Shown here: positions 8,802 to 18,033 of the stretch, piece by piece
Position numbering within the stretch: position 1 is the stretch's first letter
Layout: every line of letters starts with the position of its first letter
Origin: Desulfuromonadaceae bacterium
GTDB lineage: Bacteria > Desulfobacterota > Desulfuromonadia > Geobacterales > Pseudopelobacteraceae
DNA: 41,830 bases
Assembly: GCA_028686145.1 (NCBI GenBank)
Contig: JAQUCQ010000001.1
Location: 1-41,830 of the forward strand
Reading direction: 5' to 3'
Notes under the pieces: model-generated
Seen by the model: the letters and a program-made list of their open reading frames with translations, nothing else
Databases searched by the model: none
Told to the model about the DNA's origin: nothing
Position numbers and translations under genes: made by a program

Positions 8802-9992
8802 ATGCACAAATATCGTCAATTAAGAACGGCACTATATTTTATTATAATTATTGTTTCTATCGTCGGGTTATCAATACTGTCCACCCGAATTTGGGGAGGA
8901 AAACCTGAACAACCCCAAAAGCGTAATGTGCTGATAATAGAGAAGGGAATGACTATTAACCAGTTTGGCGAGGCTAATGCATTACCAAATACAGTCTTGA
9001 AGGAGGTCTTCAACCTTAAAGGACAGCCTGATTTGGGAAGAACGTTGGATGAATATGGAAGTCCTGAACAAATAACCTCTATGGTTACTAAAAAGCTGGC
9101 ATTGGCCTCAGAGCATGCCAGCAAAAACTGGATCAAAATTCCGGTAAAATTTGGCCTCTGGTTTATCTATTTGGCATCAATTTTCGTGCTCTTAAAGAAA
9201 CGAAATATTACGTCAGGCGTCAGGAGGGCGCTGCTCTTTACGGCAATACTGATCTTTGGTGTCGTTCTTGGGTCAGACCCCAACCCAATGGGCACAATCA
9301 AGGATGCCATTTACCTGTATGGCACTGCACATGTGATCTTTCCCCCTCGAATGGTTGCACTGTCGATATTTTTGTTGATCGTGTTTTTTGCCAATAAATA
9401 TATTTGCGCGTGGGGTTGCCAAGCTGGCGCACTCCAAGAGTTGATTTTTCGGATCAATCAGACTGACGAACAGAAGGCTGCTGTTGGTAGAAAGATTACA
9501 CTACCTTTTGCCCTGACAAATTCTGTTCGGTGCGCTTTTTTCTGTGTATTTATCTTTGTCACTTTCACGTGGGGCATCGACATCATTGGCCCGATTGACC
9601 CTTTCAAGATCTATAAGCCAACACAACTGGGGCTCATTGGAGGGATCTTTATCGGCTCCCTCTTAGTGGCCAGCCTCTTCATTTATCGACCGTGGTGCCA
9701 CCTTTTCTGTCCATTCGGCTTAGTCGGATGGCTCGTGGAAAAAGCCAGCCTTGTTAAAATAAGCGTAAACTATGAAACATGTATTGCTTGTCAGAAGTGC
9801 GCCACGGCTTGTCCTTCAACGGTAATGAATGCTATTTTGAAACGCGACAAAACAACAATACCTGATTGTTTTGCCTGCTATTCATGCCGGGAAGTCTGTC
9901 CTACCGGTTCAATATGTTTTTCTTCCAGAAAAAGAACCTTCCCTCCTTCAGATCATTTCAATAAAGGAAAGAAAGACAAAGGCAACGTATGA
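8802..9992 (+). CDS. NapH/MauN/NosR-type integral-membrane polyferredoxin (4Fe-4S binding protein)
   Basis: It has several hydrophobic helices, two membrane-proximal Cys motifs (CAWGCQAG, CHLFCPFG) and two C-terminal ferredoxin motifs (CIACQKCATACP, CFACYSCREVCP). Confidence 0.75.
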   Translation: MHKYRQLRTALYFIIIIVSIVGLSILSTRIWGGKPEQPQKRNVLIIEKGMTINQFGEANALPNTVLKEVFNLKGQPDLGRTLDEYGSPEQITSMVTKKLALASEHASKNWIKIPVKFGLWFIYLASIFVLLKKRNITSGVRRALLFTAILIFGVVLGSDPNPMGTIKDAIYLYGTAHVIFPPRMVALSIFLLIVFFANKYICAWGCQAGALQELIFRINQTDEQKAAVGRKITLPFALTNSVRCAFFCVFIFVTFTWGIDIIGPIDPFKIYKPTQLGLIGGIFIGSLLVASLFIYRPWCHLFCPFGLVGWLVEKASLVKISVNYETCIACQKCATACPSTVMNAILKRDKTTIPDCFACYSCREVCPTGSICFSSRKRTFPPSDHFNKGKKDKGNV

Positions 9993-10108
9993 TTATTCAA
10001 GAAGAGACCTTAGGACCCAAAGTCGTCAGCTGATTATCCTCAACATTGGCAAGATGATATAGTTAAGAAGGAAGTTGAACATATCCACATTACAATGGGA
10101 ATATATCC

Positions 10109-11305
10109 ATGATTTACGACTTCATTGTTGTTGGTGCGGGAATAATTGGGATGTCTACTGCGTGTAAACTTCAACAGTCATTTCCTGGCCGCTCTGTACT
10201 GGTTGTAGAGAAGGAAAGCCAACCTGCTTGCCATCAAACAGGGCGAAACTCGGGGGTTATTCACGCCGGCGTTTACTACACCCCGGGGAGCATGAAGGCA
10301 AAATTCTGCCGCGAAGGGAATGTAGCAACCAAGGCGTTCTGTACTGAACATGGCATCAAATATTCTGAATGCGGCAAGCTACTGGTGGCAACAAACAATG
10401 TGGAACTTGAACGAATGGCAGGGTTGGTTTCGCGTTGTAAAGAGAATCAAATTTCGATTGAGGTGTTGACTGCCTCTCAGTTGAAAGCATCCGAACCTAA
10501 CATCACAGGGCTCGGTGCCATTTTAGTCCCGTCTGCCGGGATCGTCAGTTACACGGAAATTACCAAAAAGATGGTCGACCTGGTAGTACAGGGTGGTGGT
10601 GAGGTGCGATTTAATAGTCAGGTTGTGGGGGTCAAAGAACAGCTTGATAACATAACGGTACAGACAAGTGGTGGGCAATTCGAAGGGCGCTTTTTAGTTG
10701 TCTGTGCTGGACTAATGGCGGATCGGGTTGTGCGGATGTTAGGGGTTATACCGGAGTTTAAAATAATTCCTTTCCGAGGGGAGTATTATCTGTTGAGCGA
10801 AAAGCACAACAATATTGTCAAGCACCTTGTCTATCCGATTCCTGATCCTGACCTGCCTTTTCTCGGTGTACATTTAACCCGGATGATTGACGGCACCGTC
10901 ACTGTCGGACCCAATGCGGTTCTTGCCTTCAAACGGGAAGGGTATGGTAAATTTGATTTCAGCTTGAGAGACGCTTTCGAGATGTTGACCTACCCTGGGC
11001 TTCTCAAAGTACTGTATAAAAACTATATGGTTAGCATGGTGGAGCTGAAGAATAGTCTGTATAAAAAAGGATATCTTGAATTAGTCCGGAAATACTGCCC
11101 CAGTCTTACTCTGGAGGATCTGCATGACTACCCGGCAGGCATCCGGGCCCAAGCTGTCACTAGGGATGGTCTCTTGGTCAACGATTTCCTCTTTGTGAGC
11201 ACGCGGCGCGCATTGGCGGTCTGTAACGCGCCGTCCCCAGCGGCAACCTCCGCCATTCCTATCGGCAATTACATAGTAGAAAAAATAAAAAAACTGAATT
11301 TGTAA
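10109..11305 (+). CDS. lhgO: L-2-hydroxyglutarate oxidase/dehydrogenase (FAD-dependent)
   Basis: It has the FAD fold DFIVVGAGIIGMSTA, the motif HQTGRNSGVIHAGVYYTPGS and the C-terminal NAPSPAATSAIPIG. The length (398 aa) and motifs fit the LhgO/YgaF family. Confidence 0.8.
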   Translation: MIYDFIVVGAGIIGMSTACKLQQSFPGRSVLVVEKESQPACHQTGRNSGVIHAGVYYTPGSMKAKFCREGNVATKAFCTEHGIKYSECGKLLVATNNVELERMAGLVSRCKENQISIEVLTASQLKASEPNITGLGAILVPSAGIVSYTEITKKMVDLVVQGGGEVRFNSQVVGVKEQLDNITVQTSGGQFEGRFLVVCAGLMADRVVRMLGVIPEFKIIPFRGEYYLLSEKHNNIVKHLVYPIPDPDLPFLGVHLTRMIDGTVTVGPNAVLAFKREGYGKFDFSLRDAFEMLTYPGLLKVLYKNYMVSMVELKNSLYKKGYLELVRKYCPSLTLEDLHDYPAGIRAQAVTRDGLLVNDFLFVSTRRALAVCNAPSPAATSAIPIGNYIVEKIKKLNL

Positions 11306-11576
11306 GGAAAATAAATCACCAACAATTGGCACGAGCAGTCAACAAGCATGCTGGTTATGTTCAGAGCCGTCCGGCATTCATTATTCTATGTCCTTGGATC
11401 CTTCCTTTATGATGAACCACTGCTGTTTATCAAAATCAGAGTATTTGGGAAAAACAGCCCGATCATCAGGTGGTTAGTTGCTTTAGGGGACCAATGTAGC
11501 CTAAATTATTGAAATAGTATCAGATGATGTGTATAATCCTGCCGCACTACCAAGAGAAATTGAGGACCCCGCCGCT

Positions 11577-13457
11577 ATGAAGATCCTGCAAACATACCTG
11601 TTGCTGCTGAGCGCAACACTTCTTTTAACTGGCTTCAGTTGGGGATTCGGTGCTGATTCCTGCAAAAAAGCGCTTGAAATTGCCGGTACTCTTGACACCA
11701 TTCGCGACGAGGCTCACGTGCGTCAAACGGAGGCTGATATTATTGCCCAGTGTCCGGATGGTGCCGCCGCCCATTTTGTCAACGCGCTCCAGCAGGAGCG
11801 GGTTGGCAACTTTGATGGCGCTATAGAAGAATACCGCCGCACCCTGAAGCTAGCTCCTGCTTTTGCGCGAGCCAGCGGAAATCTGGGACTGCTTTATGCT
11901 CAGAAAGGAATGAATGATGAAGCGTCGGTGGAGCTGGAACGTGGACTCGCTTCTATTCCGAGTCCTTTCTATCATAAGGCGCTGGCAAAAATTCTTGCCG
12001 CGCAAAAAGTCTATCCACTGGCCGCATATCATTACAACGAGGCGAGTCGTGAGTTGACTGGTGATACTTCCATATTTATCGGCCTTGCTGAAATCTACTC
12101 TGCGTTAAACCAGCCTGATAAGGCGCTGGAAACATATCGAAGGGCTCTGGCTGCTGATCCCGGTTCAACAAGCGCACATCTGGGCATTGCTACGATCAAT
12201 CTGCAGCGGGGCGAGATTGATAAGGCACTTGAAGAGCTGAAGAGGGGTGAGGTTTCAGAACCGCAGAATCGTGACATTCACCTGATGCTTGCAGAAATTT
12301 ACAAAAAGAAGGGCGATATCAAACAGGCTGACTACCACTTGTTGCTTGGGGGCAAGGGTAATCTTACGCAGACTGTTAAAAAAACGGCCGAGCAGCTTGA
12401 AGTGGGCAGCACTACCACGAATATCGAAAATCTGAGGAATGCTATCAAGGAACATCCGGAAGATGTTCTTTTATACGAAAAGCTCGGCCATCTCTACCAG
12501 GCGGCAGGTAAAGATGCGGAGGCTATCCAGGCCTATCGTGAAGCGGCACATCTCAACAGCACGAACAGCGATGTATACCTTAATCTGGGTATCCTGCTCG
12601 AGAAAAAGTCCCAGATTGATGAGGCGGTTGTTGCCTACAAACGTGCAGTCAAGGTTAACCCGGGCAATGCCGAAGCGCATCTGCGGCTGGGCGATCTTCG
12701 CTTCTCCCGTGGTTTGTACAAGGAGGCGGTAGAGCAGTATTCCGAGTTCCTCAAACTGCGTCCTGCAAGTCCGGATATCCATCTTAAACTGGCTCGAATC
12801 TTTGTAAAAAACAAAGAGTCCGGCCTGGCTCTTTCGTCGTACAATTCCGTTCTTTCTTACAGCCCGAATGATGGCGACGCCAACAGGGAGATTGCCGCCC
12901 TGTACGCTCAAAAAGGAGACTACGAAAAAGCCGTTGAGCATTATAAAAAGGCGCTTGCTGTTCACACGGATGATAACGAGGTGCGAACTGCTCTCATATC
13001 CATCTATGTAAAAAACAAGCAGTACGACGAAATAACTGCCCTGCTTAAAGAGGCGGTCGAGCTTGGTCCCGATGACCCGCTTAATCACTATAAGCTGGGG
13101 CTGATTTATGATTTTAAAAAAGAGTATGATAATGCAATTACTGCGTACAAAAAAGCGATAGAGCTGAAGCCCGATTATGCGAGGGCACTCAATGCGCTTG
13201 GACGGCTGTATATGAAAACCGGGCGCCTGAGTGAAGCGAAAGAGACACTTGAAGCGGCTAAAAAAGCAGATCCAACCATGGAAGAAACGGCCGTTTTGCT
13301 TAATAATATTCGTGACGAATTTAACCCTGAACCCCATAAAATTGTTAAGAGAAAAAAAGGGAAGAGTCACAAACACAAGAAAAGTTTGAAAAAGACAAAA
13401 AAGCGGAAATCCGGTAAGGCTGTTCCTGCAGCGGCCAAAAAAGCCACAAAAAAATAG
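11577..13457 (+). CDS. Exported tetratricopeptide-repeat protein with a lysine-rich C-terminal tail
   Basis: ORF 11529..13457. ATG 11577 gives a signal-peptide-like MKILQTYLLLLSATLLLTGFSWGFGA. Repeated 34-aa TPR units run throughout (e.g. AEAHLRLGDLRFSRGLYKEAVEQYSEFLKLRP). The last 39 aa contain 18 Lys and 2 Arg. Confidence 0.85.
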   Translation: MKILQTYLLLLSATLLLTGFSWGFGADSCKKALEIAGTLDTIRDEAHVRQTEADIIAQCPDGAAAHFVNALQQERVGNFDGAIEEYRRTLKLAPAFARASGNLGLLYAQKGMNDEASVELERGLASIPSPFYHKALAKILAAQKVYPLAAYHYNEASRELTGDTSIFIGLAEIYSALNQPDKALETYRRALAADPGSTSAHLGIATINLQRGEIDKALEELKRGEVSEPQNRDIHLMLAEIYKKKGDIKQADYHLLLGGKGNLTQTVKKTAEQLEVGSTTTNIENLRNAIKEHPEDVLLYEKLGHLYQAAGKDAEAIQAYREAAHLNSTNSDVYLNLGILLEKKSQIDEAVVAYKRAVKVNPGNAEAHLRLGDLRFSRGLYKEAVEQYSEFLKLRPASPDIHLKLARIFVKNKESGLALSSYNSVLSYSPNDGDANREIAALYAQKGDYEKAVEHYKKALAVHTDDNEVRTALISIYVKNKQYDEITALLKEAVELGPDDPLNHYKLGLIYDFKKEYDNAITAYKKAIELKPDYARALNALGRLYMKTGRLSEAKETLEAAKKADPTMEETAVLLNNIRDEFNPEPHKIVKRKKGKSHKHKKSLKKTKKRKSGKAVPAAAKKATKK

Positions 13458-13526
13458 TGGCTCGCTGACGGAGGCATATACTTACGAATAATTTCTACAT
13501 CCCGGCATCCCGCGACTGGAAATATA

Positions 13527-16500
13527 ATGACAGCTCCGAGCAGTGCAGATTCCTATTTTCCTTTTGACATTCAGATATCCTTCCACCACTGGCGTTCCCT
13601 CGACTTGGGGACGATTTCAGACAGCATTAAAGAACGTGGCATTCCCAAGATACAATTTTTCCGGCAACTTGCTCTCAAGCTGAATCACTCCCGCCCGCCC
13701 GGAGCTGCTGTTGTGCATGCGAGCGAACTCAACCTGTATGCATCCCTTCAGAAAACGTTGCGGTATCTCATTGATGGTATCGCACACGCTCCTTCATCCT
13801 CCCTTCTGATCAAGGCTCTGGAATCGGAGGGGTTTGACATGTTTGCAGAAAATCTGCGCACAACTGCTCAGCGTTTCGTCGAATTGTTCCCACCTTCACC
13901 GGTTTTACAGGGCGACATTACGCCGGGCCACTGGCTGGATAACAGCCTGAAAAGCCAGCTACACACGCATCAGATACTTCGTGAACTGCTGCTGCTGCGG
14001 GTGGCTGCCGCGAATCCGGCGATTGAAAACTTCCGGGAACTTGTTGATGACCGGGATCTGGCATCATCGTCCGACTACACGAATATTGTGCGGGCTTTTG
14101 ACCGCTCTCTGAAGGAAGGGCCGATACTTGCCGAAAAAGGGTGTACCCTGATCGAGGCCCTCATGGCGGCGATCACCGCTTCTCCCGATTCTCTGGCCGG
14201 TCAGGTTGCGTACCTCCGTGAACAATGGCAGGGTATCTTGCCGGCTGAGCTATTGCATGAAGTGGAGACCGCCCTTGATATTTTGCAGGAAGAACAGCGT
14301 GCCCGCGGTGGTGGTGAACCGGGACCGGCACCTGTACTGGAATTCCGGCGTGCTGGTGCACCCACCGGCGATACTTTCGGCCAATCTGGGGTCAATGCAG
14401 TATTCCATGGTTTTGATTACCCTGCATATGAGGCATTTTCATCTGATGCCGGTTGGATGTCGCATGTCGTACTGATGGCCAAGATGGTGTATATCTGGCT
14501 TGATCAACTCAGTCGTTCCTACGGTTACCCGATAACCCGACTTGACCAGGTACCGGACAGCGAACTTGACCAGCTGGCTGCCCGTGGGTTTACAGGGCTC
14601 TGGTTGATCGGTCTCTGGGAGCGTTCTCCTGCTTCGCAGCGGATCAAGCAGATCTGCGGTAATCCTGAGGCAATTGCTTCGGCCTATTCATTGTACGACT
14701 ACGAAGTTGCCGCTGATATCGGCGGCTGGGAAGCACTGGCAAATTTGCGTGAACGTGCCGGCCTTCGTGGCATTCGGATGGCCAGTGATATGGTGCCGAA
14801 TCACACCGGCATCTATTCGCGCTGGGTGATACAGCACCCGGATTGGTTCATCCAGACCGATTATCCCCCGTTCCCGACGTACCAATTTACCGGTGAAGAC
14901 CTTTCTCACGACAGCAATGTCTGTATCCAGGTGGAAGATGGTTACTGGAACAAGAGCGATGCTGCCGTAGTATTCAAACATTACGATCGCTCCAGTGGCC
15001 GGAGCCGCTACATTTACCACGGCAATGATGGTACGAGTATCCCATGGAACGATACCGCCCAGCTCAATTATCTGATCCCAGAACTGCGCGAGGCGGTCAT
15101 CCAGACTATCCTGCATGTAGCGCGCAATTTCCCGATCATTCGCTTCGACGCCGCCATGACACTGGCTAAAAAGCATTATCAACGTCTCTGGTTTCCGTTG
15201 CGCGGCCTTGGCGGTGGTGTTCCGTCCCGTGCTGAACATGGCATGAGTAAGGAGGAGTTTGATACCGTTTTTCCGGTAGAGTTCTGGCGTGAGGTTGTTG
15301 ATCGTGTGGCGGTTGAAGCTCCCGGTACGCTGCTTTTGGCAGAAGCCTTTTGGATGATGGAGGGGTATTTCGTCAGAACGCTCGGCATGCATCGTGTGTA
15401 TAACAGCGCATTTATGAACATGCTTAAAACTGAAGAGAATACCAAATACCGCACAACCATCAAAAACGTGCTGGAATTTAATCACGAGATTCTCAAGCGT
15501 TTTGTCAATTTCATGAATAATCCGGATGAAAAAACTGCGGTAGCCCAGTTTGGTTCGCAGGGTAAATATTTTGGTGCGTGTGTGTTGCTGGCAACCATGC
15601 CCGGCTTACCGATGTTCGGGCATGGCCAGATTGAGGGTTTCCACGAGAAATACGGCATGGAATACAAACGTGCCTACTGGGATGAGCACGTGGATGAGGG
15701 GTTGGTACGTGGCCATGAAATGTGGATATTCCCGCTGTTACGTCGCCGCTGGCTTTTTTCGGGATCTGAGAACTTTGTGCTGTATGACTTTCATGCCGGT
15801 GATGCTGTTGATGAAAACGTCTTTGCCTATTCCAACCGCGCGGGTGAACATCGGGCACTGGTACTGTATCATAACCGTCATGCGGTGACCTCCGGCTGGA
15901 TCAGGGAATCGGTTGCTTTTGCCGTTCGCGATGGTGGTGAGGGGGCTGGCTTGGACAGAACGTCTCTTGCCGAAGAACTTGCAGCACCTGATGAGGACGA
16001 GTGCTACCTGGCTTTCCGTGATCAAACCGAGGGGCTAGAATATCTCCGTTCAACACGCGAACTGCGCGAGCGGGGTCTGTATGTCGAGCTTAAAGAGTAT
16101 CAGTTCCACGTTTTTATGGATTTCCGGGAAATCCGCGATGACCGGGACCGCTCATGGCTGTCGCTGTATTCAGAGCTGAACGGTTCAGGTGTCACTTCGC
16201 TTGAAGAACAGCGTAAACAGTTGCAATATGGCGAATTGAATGCTGCATTTTTCAGCATCTTTGAGATGTTCACGGCGGTACCACCTCTTTTGAAGGATGC
16301 ACCATTGTTACGGGCGGTAGATACGTTTCTTACGGTAGCCGGTACGGTCGAGCCTGTTGCTACTCGGACAGTTAAACCTCGCGCATCCGTCGACAAACCT
16401 AAATTAAAGACTCTCCGGCACAAAAGTAATGCTGTGGAGCTTTTCTCCCGTTTCACGGAGCTTAAAACTCACAGAACGACGGCAAGCGATGCCCGTCTGT

Positions 16501-17030
16501 TCAAATCTCGGCTGGAGACCGGTTTTTCTGATCAGGCGACCAAAACTCTTCTGCTAGCCGTGCTGATACTTCGAGAGACTTCATTAGATCCGGTCAGCTG
16601 CGGGCTCGATTACACTTTGTTGAAGTTTGTACAGCTGGAGGGAAACCTTGGGTTTGGCAGCCGTGCCGTCGAACTGGTTGCAGCGCTGCTGGAGTGGTTG
16701 CATGTGCGCGGTCGCGCCACGGACAAACTTAACCTGAAACTTTTGCAGAGTCTTTTTGAACTCGAAGCATGTCGAAAATATGTATTGATTCATGAAAGCG
16801 GCGGGACCGAATGGTTTAATAAGGAACGCTTTGAGGAGCTGGTCGAGTGGATTGCAGTATTGAGCTTGATAGAGCAGTACAAACTGCCGCTCTCTGCCAG
16901 AGTTGTTTCAATGATGATGGGTGAGGCAGAGCGCTCTCTGCGCCTAGCGACATTGCTGGCCCATGAGGTCGGTTATCGCAGCCTCCTGTTTTCTGAGCTG
17001 CCGGAGAGGGCTTTCAAGAAGCATGTCTGA
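13527..17030 (+). CDS. Large divergent GH13 (alpha-amylase family) protein with uncharacterised N- and C-terminal extensions
   Basis: GH13 conserved regions sit in the central third. Region I is SDMVPNHTG, region II is IIRFDAAMTL (Asp codon 15147-15149), region III is LLAEAFWMMEG and region IV is FVNFMNNPDE (15501-15530). There is no signal peptide. About 330 aa before and about 400 aa after the catalytic core match nothing I recognise. Confidence 0.8.
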   Translation: MTAPSSADSYFPFDIQISFHHWRSLDLGTISDSIKERGIPKIQFFRQLALKLNHSRPPGAAVVHASELNLYASLQKTLRYLIDGIAHAPSSSLLIKALESEGFDMFAENLRTTAQRFVELFPPSPVLQGDITPGHWLDNSLKSQLHTHQILRELLLLRVAAANPAIENFRELVDDRDLASSSDYTNIVRAFDRSLKEGPILAEKGCTLIEALMAAITASPDSLAGQVAYLREQWQGILPAELLHEVETALDILQEEQRARGGGEPGPAPVLEFRRAGAPTGDTFGQSGVNAVFHGFDYPAYEAFSSDAGWMSHVVLMAKMVYIWLDQLSRSYGYPITRLDQVPDSELDQLAARGFTGLWLIGLWERSPASQRIKQICGNPEAIASAYSLYDYEVAADIGGWEALANLRERAGLRGIRMASDMVPNHTGIYSRWVIQHPDWFIQTDYPPFPTYQFTGEDLSHDSNVCIQVEDGYWNKSDAAVVFKHYDRSSGRSRYIYHGNDGTSIPWNDTAQLNYLIPELREAVIQTILHVARNFPIIRFDAAMTLAKKHYQRLWFPLRGLGGGVPSRAEHGMSKEEFDTVFPVEFWREVVDRVAVEAPGTLLLAEAFWMMEGYFVRTLGMHRVYNSAFMNMLKTEENTKYRTTIKNVLEFNHEILKRFVNFMNNPDEKTAVAQFGSQGKYFGACVLLATMPGLPMFGHGQIEGFHEKYGMEYKRAYWDEHVDEGLVRGHEMWIFPLLRRRWLFSGSENFVLYDFHAGDAVDENVFAYSNRAGEHRALVLYHNRHAVTSGWIRESVAFAVRDGGEGAGLDRTSLAEELAAPDEDECYLAFRDQTEGLEYLRSTRELRERGLYVELKEYQFHVFMDFREIRDDRDRSWLSLYSELNGSGVTSLEEQRKQLQYGELNAAFFSIFEMFTAVPPLLKDAPLLRAVDTFLTVAGTVEPVATRTVKPRASVDKPKLKTLRHKSNAVELFSRFTELKTHRTTASDARLFKSRLETGFSDQATKTLLLAVLILRETSLDPVSCGLDYTLLKFVQLEGNLGFGSRAVELVAALLEWLHVRGRATDKLNLKLLQSLFELEACRKYVLIHESGGTEWFNKERFEELVEWIAVLSLIEQYKLPLSARVVSMMMGEAERSLRLATLLAHEVGYRSLLFSELPERAFKKHV

Positions 17031-17112
17031 TGGCCCCTTGCATGAGGTATGCCCCGGACTTGTCAGAAACCAGCGGATAGAATCGCTCGTAGTGCCTTGA
17101 ATGTGAGCCGAG

Positions 17113-18015
17113 TTATAGGTAATCAAGCAGCGACATTTGAGAGATCTTTGCCGTTGCCGATAAGGAAGCGTTGAAGGCTGTTTGCTGTTGGGTGAGTTCT
17201 ACAGCCATTTTTGCATAATCAACATTCTGGGTATTGCCGTACACGTCCAGCAAGGTGTTCTTGGTGTTTTGGTTAAGTTTGGCCATACTGTCAAGTCGCG
17301 TCACGCGCGCGGCCACGTCACTCACGGCGTTATTGATCTGGTTGGCCCCCGCCTCAAGCGCCTGCGCCCCCGCTTGAATTCCGGGAACATCGTTAGCATT
17401 CACTGCGGTGATCAGGTCGTCGAACGCTTTAAAAATATTGGTTGCGCCGTACGGTTGAGTAACAGCTCCGTCTGAGGTAAGTAGCTGATTGCCTGGAATA
17501 TTTATCTGTTGGGTCGTGCTCGTCCCAATTTCTACCTTGAGCGCACTCTCATCACCAGTATAGTAGGGGGAGTTATTGTTGAAAGGGGGGGTCGTATTAT
17601 TGGCACCGCCAAAAATATACTGGTCACCATTTTGCGTATTGCCCATGTCGACCATCTGTTGTTTCAATGCCGTAAGTTGCGAGACGGCGTTTTGACGCGC
17701 AGCCGCATCACTGCTGCCGTTGGTTATGGTGGCTACCAGCGTCTTGGCAAGCTGCATGGTGTCTGACATTCCGGTCAGGGCTGTATTGGTGATTTGCTGC
17801 CACGTAGAAGCCTTTTGGATGTTGCTGAGGTACTGATCACCGGCGCTGACCTTGTCGCCGATATCCAACAGCAGCCGGGTATTGATCGGATCATCGCTGG
17901 GGCGGTTGACGTTACTCCCTGTAGAAATCAGCTCATTTATTTTATCCAGCTTGGCCCGTCCCTGCTGGATATTATATAGTGAATTATCTGAGGTTATATT
18001 GGCTGTAATGCGCAT
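17113..18015 (-). CDS. flgL: Flagellar hook-associated protein 3 (hook-filament junction)
   Basis: It has a flagellin-like N-terminus (MRITANITSDNSLYNIQQGRAKLDKINELISTGSNVNRPSDDP) and a flagellin-like C-terminal helix ending SQMSLLDYL. It lies directly after flgK. Confidence 0.85.
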   Translation of the reverse strand: MRITANITSDNSLYNIQQGRAKLDKINELISTGSNVNRPSDDPINTRLLLDIGDKVSAGDQYLSNIQKASTWQQITNTALTGMSDTMQLAKTLVATITNGSSDAAARQNAVSQLTALKQQMVDMGNTQNGDQYIFGGANNTTPPFNNNSPYYTGDESALKVEIGTSTTQQINIPGNQLLTSDGAVTQPYGATNIFKAFDDLITAVNANDVPGIQAGAQALEAGANQINNAVSDVAARVTRLDSMAKLNQNTKNTLLDVYGNTQNVDYAKMAVELTQQQTAFNASLSATAKISQMSLLDYL

Positions 18016-18033
18016 ATTATTTCTCCCGTTTCT

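Noticed and set aside
11320-11345. TTGGCACGAGCAGTCAAC upstream of the TPR gene as a sigma-54 promoter
   Set aside because: The -24 half (TGGCACG) is good, but the -12 position reads GTCA where TTGC is required. The obligatory GC dinucleotide is absent at the correct spacing.
11341-11460. Protein-like minus-strand reading (PPDDRAVFPKYSDFDKQQWFIIKEGSKDIE-stop) in the spacer after lhgO, possibly a gene remnant
   Set aside because: Only about 30 codons are open, there is no start codon, and stops occur in all three frames immediately upstream. This is too short to separate from chance, so I do not call it a pseudogene.
12471-13376. 301-aa minus-strand ORF inside the TPR gene
   Set aside because: It is antisense to clear 34-residue TPR repeats. 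The translation is rich in F/I/K/R, as expected from reading an A-rich Lys/Glu-coding strand backwards. I see no RBS or motif.
14688-15485. 265-aa minus-strand ORF inside the GH13 gene
   Set aside because: It overlaps GH13 regions I-IV on the opposite strand. The plus-strand frame carries the conserved catalytic motifs, so this is a shadow ORF.
17585-17591. G7 homopolymer (C7 on the coding strand) in flgL as a phase-variation tract
   Set aside because: Seven residues is short for efficient slippage, and the tract simply encodes Pro-Pro in a Thr/Pro/Asn-rich segment. Chance explains it in a roughly 50% GC genome.
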